NCBI GenBank assembly: GCA_043798995.1
Contig: JAZDOD010000008.1
Coordinates: forward strand, 119,468-183,467
Direction of reading: 5' to 3'
Source: a bacterium
GTDB taxonomy: Bacteria > Patescibacteriota > Patescibacteriia > JAACEG01 > JAGUWE01
Length of the DNA stretch: 64,000 nucleotides
Both the position numbers and the translations under genes were made by a program. Below the pieces are notes generated by a model. The model was not told the DNA's origin. It made no database searches and worked only from the letters and a program-made list of their open reading frames with translations. Positions 9,260 through 18,512 of this stretch are shown here, one piece after another (positions within the stretch are counted from its first letter, which is position 1; the number at the start of each line of letters is the position of its first letter).

Positions 9260-10990
9260 TTATTCTCTCGTGACTCTTAAGATTTCTTCAATCGTTGTAA
9301 TGCCGGTTTTGGCTTTAATGATGCCATCTTCGGCCATGGTGAGCATGCCTTCGGCTACAACGGCTTTTTGTAATTCTTCAGTTGAAGCCTTGATTTTAAG
9401 AAGTTCAGTAATTTTTTCTGTAATTTCAAAAATTTCATAAATACCCATCCGGCCGTGATAACCTTCATTATTGCATTGTTTGCAGCCCTTGCCGCGGTAA
9501 AAAAGCAGATTGCCAAAAGATTTTTCCGAAGGCAAAATAATGTTTTCTTGCTTGAGTGTTTCTAAAAGAGATTTAGTGTTGAGTTGTTTTTCCAACTCTT
9601 CCAAAGATTTTTTATCTAATTTATAACTGTAAATGCAGTCGGTGCAGATTTTTCTGACTAATCTTTGGGCAATAATCATATTAGTGGTGGAAACAATTAA
9701 AAAGGTGGGCACGCCCATATCAATCAAGCGGGGCAGGGCCGTAACCGCATCGTTGGTGTGTAAGGTTGAGAAAACTAAGTGTCCGGTCATGGCCGCGTGA
9801 ATGGCAATTTCCGCTGTTTCTTGGTCGCGAATTTCACCGACCATGATGATATTCGGGTCTTGCCGCAAAAATGCTCTGAGCCCGGCGGCAAAAGTGAAGC
9901 CGATTTTCGGATTGATTTGGCTTTGATTGACTCCTGGCATGCGATATTCAATAGGATCTTCAATAGTTGAAATATTGACTTCTGGAGTATTTAAGACATT
10001 TAAAATAGAATAAAGAGTGGTAGTTTTACCCGAGCCGGTCGGGCCTGTAACCAAGACAATGCCATGAGGTTTACGAATATTGCGTTTAATAATTTCTAAA
10101 GCCCTGGGCTGGAAACCTAATTTTTCCAAAGTTAGAGTTTGTGATTTTTCATCTAAGAGTCGCAGGACTACTTTTTCACCGTCATAAACCGGAATAATGG
10201 AAACACGAAAAGCCACTCGGTATTCGGCCGAGCTGATTTTAAATCTGCCGTCTTGGGGCAGGCGATGTTCATCAATTTTAAGATTGGCCAAGACTTTAAT
10301 TCTGGCAACAATGCCGGTTAGAGCGCTTTTGGGCAAAGTCATAACCGGCCGCAATATGCCGTCAATGCGGTAGCGGACAAAGACCTCTTTTTCTGTCGGT
10401 TCAATATGAATATCCGAAGCCCTTTCAAAAACCGCATACTCCAAAAGCGTGTCAACAATTCTGACAATCGGCAGATCTTCAGCCAATTCTTTTAATTTTT
10501 CCTGATCCTTGGGGCCACTTTCCTCTTCTTTTCTGGTAATTTCCTGGAATTCTGTTTTCAAGCTTTTATGATATTGTTTTAAGGCCTTATCAATTGAATC
10601 AGGCGCTGTCAGATAAACTTTGACTTCCAGGCCGATTTTCTTTTTAATAAATTCAATGGTTTGGATATCTTCGGGATCTAAAGTAGCAACTTTAACTTCT
10701 TTATCATCTTTGGCAAAAGCGATTATTTTATGCACCTGGGCAATCGGTTCGGGAATGAGCATTAAGATGTCATTGCGGATAATTTGATCCTTAAGTTCAA
10801 TAAAAGGCACCTTAAAATAATTGCTGATGGCCTTGTATAAAATATCGGCGCTGATAATATCTTTGGCAACCAAATTTTTTTCCAAAGGAATATTTTTCGC
10901 CTTGGCTTCTTTGGCTTCTTTATCAAACGCCTCGGCGCTTAAAATTTTATTGGCAAGAATGATTTCTTTTAGCAGTTCTGTTTTTAACAT
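9260..10990 (-). CDS. pilB: Type IV pilus assembly ATPase PilB (GspE family)
   Basis: [35 protein letters not shown] and tetra-Cys motifs. Confidence 0.95.
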   Translation of the reverse strand: MLKTELLKEIILANKILSAEAFDKEAKEAKAKNIPLEKNLVAKDIISADILYKAISNYFKVPFIELKDQIIRNDILMLIPEPIAQVHKIIAFAKDDKEVKVATLDPEDIQTIEFIKKKIGLEVKVYLTAPDSIDKALKQYHKSLKTEFQEITRKEEESGPKDQEKLKELAEDLPIVRIVDTLLEYAVFERASDIHIEPTEKEVFVRYRIDGILRPVMTLPKSALTGIVARIKVLANLKIDEHRLPQDGRFKISSAEYRVAFRVSIIPVYDGEKVVLRLLDEKSQTLTLEKLGFQPRALEIIKRNIRKPHGIVLVTGPTGSGKTTTLYSILNVLNTPEVNISTIEDPIEYRMPGVNQSQINPKIGFTFAAGLRAFLRQDPNIIMVGEIRDQETAEIAIHAAMTGHLVFSTLHTNDAVTALPRLIDMGVPTFLIVSTTNMIIAQRLVRKICTDCIYSYKLDKKSLEELEKQLNTKSLLETLKQENIILPSEKSFGNLLFYRGKGCKQCNNEGYHGRMGIYEIFEITEKITELLKIKASTEELQKAVVAEGMLTMAEDGIIKAKTGITTIEEILRVTRE

Positions 10991-11052
10991 AGGTGTTTGT
11001 TTTTCTAAATAGTATTATACCATATTTTATTTATTTAATACATAATAGTGGC

Positions 11053-11081
11053 TTGCCAAGAGGCCCTCTTAATGTTAAACT
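11053..11081 (+). promoter_or_regulatory. Sigma70-type promoter
   Basis: TTGCCA-17bp-TAAACT, divergent from pilB. Confidence 0.5.
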
Positions 11082-11155
11082 GAGACTATTAAAGAGTTTA
11101 AAAATCTAATCCTGAGTGCCTTTTCGCGGGACAAAAAATTTTGATTTTAATTTTT

Positions 11156-11554
11156 ATGAATTTCAACCGATATTTCACCTTTTTTTACCAAAAAACAAAT
11201 TTAGCCAAACAGCTTTTTCGACTGATTATCTCCAACCGAGTTATCGGTCTTCTGATGATTTTGAGTTTGCTTGTTAATTTTTCAATTTTCATTCTATTTC
11301 TCATTAAAATTGGCTTTCGCCAGAATATTCCGCTTCATTACAATGTTTATTTCAGCATTGATTTAATGGGCGATTGGTATCAGTTATTGGTTATTCCATT
11401 TTTTGGTTTATTAGTAATTTTAATCAATCAGTCAATTGTGACCTTTATTTATTTAAAAGAAAGAATGCTGGCGTATTTTTTAACCGGTTCAACTTTAGCA
11501 ATCCAGATTTTGCTGCTTTTGGCCAGTTTAGCCATTATTTGGCTGAATACGTAA
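11156..11554 (+). CDS. Three-TM membrane protein (DUF1648-like)
   Basis: IPLHYNVYF..D..G motif; three hydrophobic segments. Confidence 0.6.
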   Translation: MNFNRYFTFFYQKTNLAKQLFRLIISNRVIGLLMILSLLVNFSIFILFLIKIGFRQNIPLHYNVYFSIDLMGDWYQLLVIPFFGLLVILINQSIVTFIYLKERMLAYFLTGSTLAIQILLLLASLAIIWLNT

Positions 11555-11575
11555 AATTAAATAATTAGATAATTT

Positions 11576-12673
11576 ATGAAAGTGGCTTTGGTTCATGATT
11601 TATTGGTCCAATATGGAGGGGCGGAAAAAGTGCTGAAAGTTTTGGAGGAAATTTATCCTGAGGCGCCGATTTTTACTTTGGTTTTTAATGAAGAAAAAAT
11701 GGGCTATTTTTTTGATAAGAAGAAAATTAAAACCTCTTTTTTGCAAAATTTGCCTTTTGGCAAATCAGCTTATCGCTGGTTTTTATCATTGATGCCTGCG
11801 GCAACCGAGGGCTATGATTTAAGAGATTATGATTTAGTTATTTCTTCTTCCAGCGCTTTTGCCAAAGGAGCGATTACTTCGGAGCAGACGCTCCATCTTT
11901 GTTATTGTCATACGCCGACTCGTTATCTTTGGACCGACACCCATCAATATATTGAAGGTCTTTCTTATCCCGGCTTGATCAAAAAAATTATCCCCTTGAC
12001 TTTGAATAAATTGCGAGTTTGGGATTATTTGTCTGCCAAGCGGCCCGATTATTTTATTGCCAACTCTGAAAATGTCCGCCGGCGAATTAAGAAATTTTAT
12101 GGCCGTGAAAGTTTTGTTATCCAGCCGCCGATTGAGATTGAAAAATTTAAAATCAGCTCTAAGCTTGGCAATTATTTTTTAACCGGCGGCCGTTTAGTGC
12201 CTTACAAAAGATTTGATTTGACAATAGAAGCGTTTAATCGTTTGGGGCTGCCTCTTAAAATATTTGGCACCGGCCCGGAAGAGCAAAAACTTCAAGAGAT
12301 GGCTAAAACCAATATTGAATTTTTGGGCTTTGTCAGCGATAAAAATCTGCCCGAACTTTATAGCCAGAGTTTAGCTTTTATCCATCCTCAGGTTGAGGAT
12401 TTTGGCATCACCGCCATTGAAGCCATGGCCTCGGGCCGGCCGATAATTGCTTATCAGGCCGGCGGCGCTTTGGAAAGCATTAAAAATAATGAAACAGGTC
12501 TTTTTTTTGACGAACAAAGCTGGGAAGCGATTTTAGACGCGATTTTAAGATTTAAGCCGGAAAATTTTAATCCCCAAGCAATTCGGGAGCACGCTAAAAA
12601 TTTTGATAAAGAGGTTTTTAAGAAAAGGATAGCGGAGTTTGTTAAAGAAAAATGGGAAGAATTTAATAAGTAA
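11576..12673 (+). CDS. Glycosyltransferase family 4
   Basis: MKVALVHD.L...GGAE; EDFGITAIEAMASG. Confidence 0.93.
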   Translation: MKVALVHDLLVQYGGAEKVLKVLEEIYPEAPIFTLVFNEEKMGYFFDKKKIKTSFLQNLPFGKSAYRWFLSLMPAATEGYDLRDYDLVISSSSAFAKGAITSEQTLHLCYCHTPTRYLWTDTHQYIEGLSYPGLIKKIIPLTLNKLRVWDYLSAKRPDYFIANSENVRRRIKKFYGRESFVIQPPIEIEKFKISSKLGNYFLTGGRLVPYKRFDLTIEAFNRLGLPLKIFGTGPEEQKLQEMAKTNIEFLGFVSDKNLPELYSQSLAFIHPQVEDFGITAIEAMASGRPIIAYQAGGALESIKNNETGLFFDEQSWEAILDAILRFKPENFNPQAIREHAKNFDKEVFKKRIAEFVKEKWEEFNK

Positions 12674-12694
12674 ATCTAAAACTTAAAGCGAAAT

Positions 12695-13849
12695 ATGAAC
12701 ATTGGCATTGACGCCCGGACCCTTTTGGAAAATTATTATTCAGGGGTTAATTTTTATACTTTTAATTTACTCAAAAATCTTTTTGAGCTTGACCGAGAAA
12801 ATCAATACCGACTTTTTTCTAATTCATTTAAAAATAAAGATGGCTTAAAAATTTTCAAAAATTATCCCAAAGTTAAAAACCGTCATTTTAACCGGCCGAA
12901 TAAATTTTTAAATTTTTCCTTTACTTTTCTGAATTTTCCCAAGATTAATCGGCTGTTGGGCGGAATTGATCTTTTTTTTCTGCCTAATATCAATTTTTTA
13001 GCCATTGATAGAAAAGTGCCGCTTATCACCACAATTTATGATTTGTCTTTTGAACGATACCCCGAATTTTACTCGCGAAAAAGCAATCTCTGGCACAAAA
13101 TTATTAACCCCCCAAAACTTCTTAAACAAAGCCAGAAGATAATCACCATTTCCGAATGTTCTAAAAAAGATTTAATCGAACTTTATAAAATACCGGCCGA
13201 AAAAATTGAAATTATTTATCCGGCGGTGACTGAAGAATTTCAGCCCTTATCTAAAAATGACGAAAAACTTTTCCGGGTTAAGCAAAAATACAACTTGCCG
13301 GAAAATTTTATTTTATATCTCGGCAACTTAGAGCCAAGAAAAAATATTGAAGGTTTGATTCAATCCTTTGAGGAGTTTTGCAAAAATTACCAGGACAAGT
13401 TAGGGTCTGACTTGTTTTTAATTATTGCCGGCCAAGCGGCTTGGAAATATCAGACAATTTTTAAACTGGCTGAAAAATCAGTCAAAAGAGAAAAAATTAA
13501 ATTTTTAGGTTATGTGGAAGAATCGGATAAACCGGCGCTTTATAATCTGGCTAAAATTTTTGTTTATCTTTCTTTTTACGAAGGTTTTGGCCTGCCGCCC
13601 TTAGAGGCCATGGCCTGCGGCACGCCGGTGGTGACAAGCGCTAATTCCTCCTTGCCCGAAGTGGTTGGAGACGGGGGGTTGCTAGTCAATCCTTACAAAT
13701 TAAATGAATTAAGCGATGCTTTTTATCAGTTATTAGCAGATGAGAGTTTGGCGAAAATTTTGCGCGAGAGGGGATTAGCCCAAGCAAAAAAATTTTCCTG
13801 GCCAAAATCAGCGGGAAAACTTTTAGCAATTTTTAACTCTTTTAGTTGA
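12695..13849 (+). CDS. Glycosyltransferase family 4
   Basis: MNIGIDAR; EGFGLPPLEAMACG. Confidence 0.93.
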   Translation: MNIGIDARTLLENYYSGVNFYTFNLLKNLFELDRENQYRLFSNSFKNKDGLKIFKNYPKVKNRHFNRPNKFLNFSFTFLNFPKINRLLGGIDLFFLPNINFLAIDRKVPLITTIYDLSFERYPEFYSRKSNLWHKIINPPKLLKQSQKIITISECSKKDLIELYKIPAEKIEIIYPAVTEEFQPLSKNDEKLFRVKQKYNLPENFILYLGNLEPRKNIEGLIQSFEEFCKNYQDKLGSDLFLIIAGQAAWKYQTIFKLAEKSVKREKIKFLGYVEESDKPALYNLAKIFVYLSFYEGFGLPPLEAMACGTPVVTSANSSLPEVVGDGGLLVNPYKLNELSDAFYQLLADESLAKILRERGLAQAKKFSWPKSAGKLLAIFNSFS

Positions 13850-13860
13850 TTAAATAATCT

Positions 13861-13975
13861 ATGGCAAAAATAAAGGATCTGCCAAAAATTTGCCCCGAGC
13901 AACGTCGAGGGGTTGAGCGGCCGAGCCTGCCCCGTAGTAATACGAGGTATTTACTTCGGGGAGAAAAACTTAATA
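13861..13975 (+). pseudogene. Duplicate radC 5' stub (MAKIKDLPKIERPREKL) interrupted by two in-frame palindromic inserts
   Basis: Removing the 24-bp and 36-bp hairpin inserts restores a RadC N-terminus paralogous to the one at 13987. Confidence 0.7.
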
Positions 13976-13986
13976 AAGAAAATTTT

Positions 13987-14670
13987 ATGACTAAATCATT
14001 CACCATTCACGATCTACCAAAAGAGGAGCGCCCGCGCGAGCGGCTGGTTAAATTTGGCGAACAGGCGCTCTCAGCCCAAGAATTATTACAGCTTATTTTG
14101 GGGCGTGGTGTTGTCGGCGAGTCGGTCGCGGTTATGGCGCAAAAATTATTAACCCAATTTGGCAGTCTTCAGAAATTATCCGAAGCAAGTATTGAAGAAT
14201 TATCATCAATCAAAGGCATTGGATTAGCAAAAGCGGCTCAAATAAAAGCCGTCTTTGAAATCAGCCGCCGGTTTTCCACTCAGACCTTGCCGTATAAAAG
14301 CAAAGAACTTACTGACCCTAAAAAAGTTTGTAAGTTGATAAAAAGCAAACTCAAAGATTATAGTAAAGAACATTTTTATCTAATTGCTTTAAATACTCGG
14401 AATTGGTCTATTAATGAAATATCTATCGGCACGCTAAACGCTAATTTAGTGCATCCCAGAGAAGTCTTTGCCCAAGCCATAAAAAACAAAGCCGCCTCGG
14501 TGATTTTGGCCCACAACCACCCCTCGGGCGACCCCGAACCATCAGAAGATGATTTAGAAATAACAAAACGGCTCACAGAAGCCGGCAAAATTTTGGGTAT
14601 TGAAGTAGTTGATCATATTATTATTACCAAATCGGATTTTTTAAGTTTTAAAGAAAAAGGGTTAATCTGA
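13987..14670 (+). CDS. radC: RadC/JAB-domain protein
   Basis: DLP.EERPRERL, HhH, HPREVF, AHNHPSGD..PS..D and DHIII motifs. Confidence 0.93.
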   Translation: MTKSFTIHDLPKEERPRERLVKFGEQALSAQELLQLILGRGVVGESVAVMAQKLLTQFGSLQKLSEASIEELSSIKGIGLAKAAQIKAVFEISRRFSTQTLPYKSKELTDPKKVCKLIKSKLKDYSKEHFYLIALNTRNWSINEISIGTLNANLVHPREVFAQAIKNKAASVILAHNHPSGDPEPSEDDLEITKRLTEAGKILGIEVVDHIIITKSDFLSFKEKGLI

Positions 14671-14671
14671 C

Positions 14672-14721
14672 TTGACATTGTAATCAATTCTGATTACAAT
14701 TGTAATCAGAATTGATTACAA
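14672..14721 (+). promoter_or_regulatory. Promoter overlapped by a 44-bp perfect palindromic operator
   Basis: TTGACA-17bp-TACAAT; ttgtaatcaattctgattacaa followed by its exact reverse complement. Confidence 0.85.
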
Positions 14722-14725
14722 CATT

Positions 14726-15331
14726 ATGTCGTTATTGGGTCTTACAAAATCAAAAACCAGGGAGAAAATTTTACGCCTTTATTTTTCCGATCCGGAGAAA
14801 AAATACTATTTAAGAGAGTTGGAAAGGATTTTAAACGCGCCGGTTCATAACATTCGCCGGGAGCTTTTGGCATTGGAAAAAGATGGTCTTTTTAGAAAAG
14901 AAAAAGGGGGCAAGCAAGTATATTATTTTCTTAATAAAGAAGCGTCAATTTACGAAGAATTTAAAACTATCGTTTCAAAGACGATTGGATTGGAGCATAT
15001 TCTCAAGGAAGAGCTGGAAAAGCACAAACGGATTGCATTTTCTTTTTTATTCGGTTCCTATGTAAAAGGCGATTTTAAAAGCGATTCCGATGTGGACTTA
15101 TATATTATTGGAAATATCACAGAAGAAGAATTGTATAAGGCGATAAAAAAAGTGGAGGAAATATCGAGGCGGGATATTAATTATCACTTATCAAACCTCC
15201 CGGAATTCAGAAGGAGTTTGAAGAAATCATTTTTTCATAAAGAAATTTTAGGCAATTTTTTATTATTAACAGGCAATACAGATGAATTTAGAAGAGTTAT
15301 TGGAAAATCTGTTGCGGGAAGGAAAAATTAA
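14726..15331 (+). CDS. wHTH plus minimal nucleotidyltransferase (MNT) antitoxin
   Basis: N-terminal HTH (YLRELER); LFGSY..G....SDVDL motif. Confidence 0.85.
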   Translation: MSLLGLTKSKTREKILRLYFSDPEKKYYLRELERILNAPVHNIRRELLALEKDGLFRKEKGGKQVYYFLNKEASIYEEFKTIVSKTIGLEHILKEELEKHKRIAFSFLFGSYVKGDFKSDSDVDLYIIGNITEEELYKAIKKVEEISRRDINYHLSNLPEFRRSLKKSFFHKEILGNFLLLTGNTDEFRRVIGKSVAGRKN

Positions 15332-15752
15332 AAAGCAGACAACCGACATTTCTTTTTTGAACGCGTCTCTTGATGCCGCAAAACATAATCTCAAGGCCGC
15401 AGGATATAACTTAAACGGCGGTTATTGGGATACAGCTTTCAAATCAGCCTATGACGGCCTGCTTCAAATTTCAAGAGTCATACTTTTATTAAACGGTTAT
15501 CAACCGGATGACGGCGAACAGCACAAAACTACTTTTAGAGTTGCCGGTGCCTTGCTTGGCAATGATTTTTCAGAGTTGATTGACAAAATAGACAGGTACA
15601 GAATTAAAAGAAATAACATGATTTACAAACCACTGGCCCCAATTTCAAAAAGAGAAGCCGAGGGTATTTTTAAGTCTGCTCATGATTATTGGGCAAAAGT
15701 TAAAATTTATTTAAAGGATAAAAATAAGCAGTTGGAATTGTTTGAATTTTAA
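15282..15752 (+). CDS. HEPN-domain protein (TA toxin partner)
   Basis: A...AY, H, and R..RN..IY helical pattern; overlaps the MNT gene. Confidence 0.8.
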   Translation: MNLEELLENLLREGKIKKQTTDISFLNASLDAAKHNLKAAGYNLNGGYWDTAFKSAYDGLLQISRVILLLNGYQPDDGEQHKTTFRVAGALLGNDFSELIDKIDRYRIKRNNMIYKPLAPISKREAEGIFKSAHDYWAKVKIYLKDKNKQLELFEF

Positions 15753-15787
15753 GCTATGAGCAAAAAAAATTTACCCCCACACCAATT

Positions 15788-16147
15788 ATGTTTTACGTGT
15801 ACCCGCCCACCAATATGAATGATAAACAAAAAACTATGAAAAATATATCAACAAATATCAATAAAGATGATGATTTTTTATCACAAATTGGTGGGTGAGT
15901 GTATATTCTAAAAAGTGAAAAAGATTACAATCTTTATATCGGTTCAACTAATGATTTAAGAAAAAGACTCAAAGAACATAACAATGGTTTAGTATTTTCT
16001 ACAAAATCGCGAAGGCCATTTGAATTGATTTATTACGAAGCATATAGATCAGAAAGGGATGCTCGAGGAAGAGAAAAAAATCTAAAATTAAGGTCAAAAG
16101 CTTTTAGTCAGCTTTAAAAACGTATTCAAGATAGTTTAAAAATATGA
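15788..16147 (+). pseudogene. GIY-YIG nuclease, interrupted by a 100-bp insert and a premature TAA
   Basis: MFYVY|ILKS...LYIGST.DL.KRL.EHN...E..LK; TAA at 16115 is followed by KRIQDSLKI*. Confidence 0.85.
15801..15900. mobile_element. Nested 100-bp element with related 14-bp imperfect TIRs
   Basis: acccgcccaccaat ... attggtgggtgagt with GT duplicated. Confidence 0.75.
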
Positions 16148-16229
16148 AGCAGAAGAGACAATCAAAAATTGGTGTGGGGGTTTACAAAACGCAAAAAGAA
16201 GTTGAAAAATTATTGTGAGCTGAAAGACT

Positions 16230-18509
16230 ATGAACACTAATAATATAAAAGATTTAGAAAATAGATTGTGGGAGGCGGCGGATCACATGCGTGCCAACTC
16301 TCCCTTGCGTCTCAATGAATTTGCTGAGCCGGTTTTGGGTTTAATTTTTCTTAAATTTGCTGGCGTAAAACATAACAAAGTGGCAAAAGAGATAGCTGAA
16401 GAAAGAAAAAAGAAGCCCAAGAACCTTGGCGGAGCTTCAGTTTCGCGTGAACGGCCGATTTCTTCCGCGGATTATCATGCGCGCGGCGGTACGCTTTTTA
16501 TTCCCCAAAAAGCCCAGTTTCCTAATCTTATAGAACTGCCAGAGGGAACGGATATGGGCAAGGCTGTGAATGATGCCATGAAAGAGATTGAAGTGGAAAA
16601 TAAAGAACTTGCCGGTATCCTCCCAAAGACATTTCAAAACCTCGATAATCGGTCAATAATTGCGCTTCTTAAAAATTTTAATCAGATCCCTGACGATATT
16701 GAGGGGGATGCTTTTGGCAGAATCTACGAATATTTTCTCGGCAAGTTTGCTCTTGCGGATGGCACGCGCGGGGGCGAGTTTTTTACGCCGACAAGTATCG
16801 TTAAGCTTATTGTGGAAATTATCGAGCCGTATCACGGCAAGATTTATGACCCTGCCTGCGGCTCAGGCGGTATGTTTGTGCAATCACACGAATTTGTAAA
16901 ACAGCATCTTAAAAACGGACAAAAAGCGCGAGCATCCCGTGAGATTTCAATTTATGGACAAGAAAAAACAGACCAAACCGTTCGCATCGCAAAAATGAAC
17001 CTTGCGATTCATGGTCTTTCTGGGGATATCCGCGAAGGCAATACCTATTATGAGGATAGACACAAAAGTTTGGGCAAATTTGATTTCACGATGGCCAATC
17101 CTCCTTTCAATGTGAAAGGAATTGACAAGGAGCGCATCAAAGATGATAGGCGATTTTCGTACGGGATACCGAGGGCCGATAACGGCAATTGTCTCTGGAT
17201 TCAAATCTTTTTAAATTCACTCAATGAAAAAGGGCGCGCGGGGTTTGTTATGGCAAATTCGGCGAGCGACGCCGGGCATAGCGAAAAAGAGATTCGTCAA
17301 AAGATGATAGAGGGTGGCGTGGTGGATGTGATGGTCGCTGTGGGCCCGAACATGTTTTACAATGTAATCGTTCCTGTGACACTTTGGTTTTTTGATAAAG
17401 ACAAAAAACAATCAGACCGTAAGGATAAAATTCTTTTCGTTGATGCTCGAGAAATTTCTACTCCAATCCCGGGTGATCGAGCGAGAAAATATTGGACCGA
17501 CGAGCAGATCGTAACAATTGCAGGCATTGTAAAAAGCTATAGGGGTGAAAAGGGCACAAAGACATATCAAGATGTAAAAGGTTTATGTAGGGCTGTAACA
17601 CTACAAGAAATAAGAGATGCTGGATACTCACTTAATCCGGGTCAATATGTTGGAATCCTTAGCCCTAAAAATAAAGTTCTGCCGTTTGAAGACCGATTGG
17701 GAATTATTCATAGATTTTTGAAAGAAAAAACGCAACTAAACCAAAGGCTGAATGAACAAATGATAACAAATCTAAAAAATTATTTTAGAAAATTTAATTG
17801 GACTGAGACTGAGTTTTTTTCGCCCGAAATTATAGAACATTTTCTAAGATTAATTTATCAAGAGTGGCTCGCAAACTTTCATTTTCCTGGGTACGAAAAT
17901 GTAAAAAAGGTTGATAGTAAAACCGACTTCGGTAAAATTCCGGAGGGATGGGAGATTAAAAAATTAGGCGATAAATTCGAAGTAATACTTGGAGGTACTC
18001 CTTCTCGATCTAATCCAGACTATTGGAATGGAAGTGTTTCATGGATTAACTCGGGCGAGGTAAATCGGTTGAGAATAACATCTCCAACGGAATTTATTAC
18101 AAAAATAGGTCTTGATAATTCTGCCGCAAAGTTGATGCCGAAACGGACAACTGTTTTAGCAATTACTGGCGCAACACTTGGACAAGTAAGCACGTTAGAG
18201 ATCGAATGTTCGGCCAATCAATCTGTGGTTGGTGTGTACGACAAAAATGCCGCTTATAATGAGTATTTATATTTGTATATTTCTGATCATATCAAGGACA
18301 TAATTTCAAAATCTGGTGGTAGTGCCCAGCAACACATCAACAAAGCAATTGTCGAGGAATATTCGATATTAATACCACCAAAAGAAGTCATTGAGAAATT
18401 CAATAAAATAGCGAAGCCAGCCTTCGACTTGTTGGCCAACCTATTGTTTATGAGTCAGTACCAATACATCAATAAAAGTTTTTTGCCACAGAATAAACCA
18501 AAAAGTTGA
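16230..18509 (+). CDS. hsdM: Type I R-M HsdM fused to a single-TRD HsdS half
   Basis: GEFFTP, YDPACGSGGM and NPPF motifs, then GKIPEGW...GGTP...GSAQQHI...PP. Confidence 0.88.
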   Translation: MNTNNIKDLENRLWEAADHMRANSPLRLNEFAEPVLGLIFLKFAGVKHNKVAKEIAEERKKKPKNLGGASVSRERPISSADYHARGGTLFIPQKAQFPNLIELPEGTDMGKAVNDAMKEIEVENKELAGILPKTFQNLDNRSIIALLKNFNQIPDDIEGDAFGRIYEYFLGKFALADGTRGGEFFTPTSIVKLIVEIIEPYHGKIYDPACGSGGMFVQSHEFVKQHLKNGQKARASREISIYGQEKTDQTVRIAKMNLAIHGLSGDIREGNTYYEDRHKSLGKFDFTMANPPFNVKGIDKERIKDDRRFSYGIPRADNGNCLWIQIFLNSLNEKGRAGFVMANSASDAGHSEKEIRQKMIEGGVVDVMVAVGPNMFYNVIVPVTLWFFDKDKKQSDRKDKILFVDAREISTPIPGDRARKYWTDEQIVTIAGIVKSYRGEKGTKTYQDVKGLCRAVTLQEIRDAGYSLNPGQYVGILSPKNKVLPFEDRLGIIHRFLKEKTQLNQRLNEQMITNLKNYFRKFNWTETEFFSPEIIEHFLRLIYQEWLANFHFPGYENVKKVDSKTDFGKIPEGWEIKKLGDKFEVILGGTPSRSNPDYWNGSVSWINSGEVNRLRITSPTEFITKIGLDNSAAKLMPKRTTVLAITGATLGQVSTLEIECSANQSVVGVYDKNAAYNEYLYLYISDHIKDIISKSGGSAQQHINKAIVEEYSILIPPKEVIEKFNKIAKPAFDLLANLLFMSQYQYINKSFLPQNKPKS

Positions 18510-18512
18510 AAT

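Larger units (their letters stand above)
15773..16181. mobile_element. 409-bp mini-element with perfect 15-bp TIRs carrying a GIY-YIG gene
   Basis: acccccacaccaatt ... aattggtgtgggggt, with TT on both flanks. Confidence 0.8.

Noticed and set aside
15896-15898. In-frame TGA in the GIY-YIG insert as evidence for UGA=Gly recoding
   Set aside because: Conserved genes (radC, secD, rplQ) end at TGA at their expected lengths; this TGA arises from decay of the right TIR
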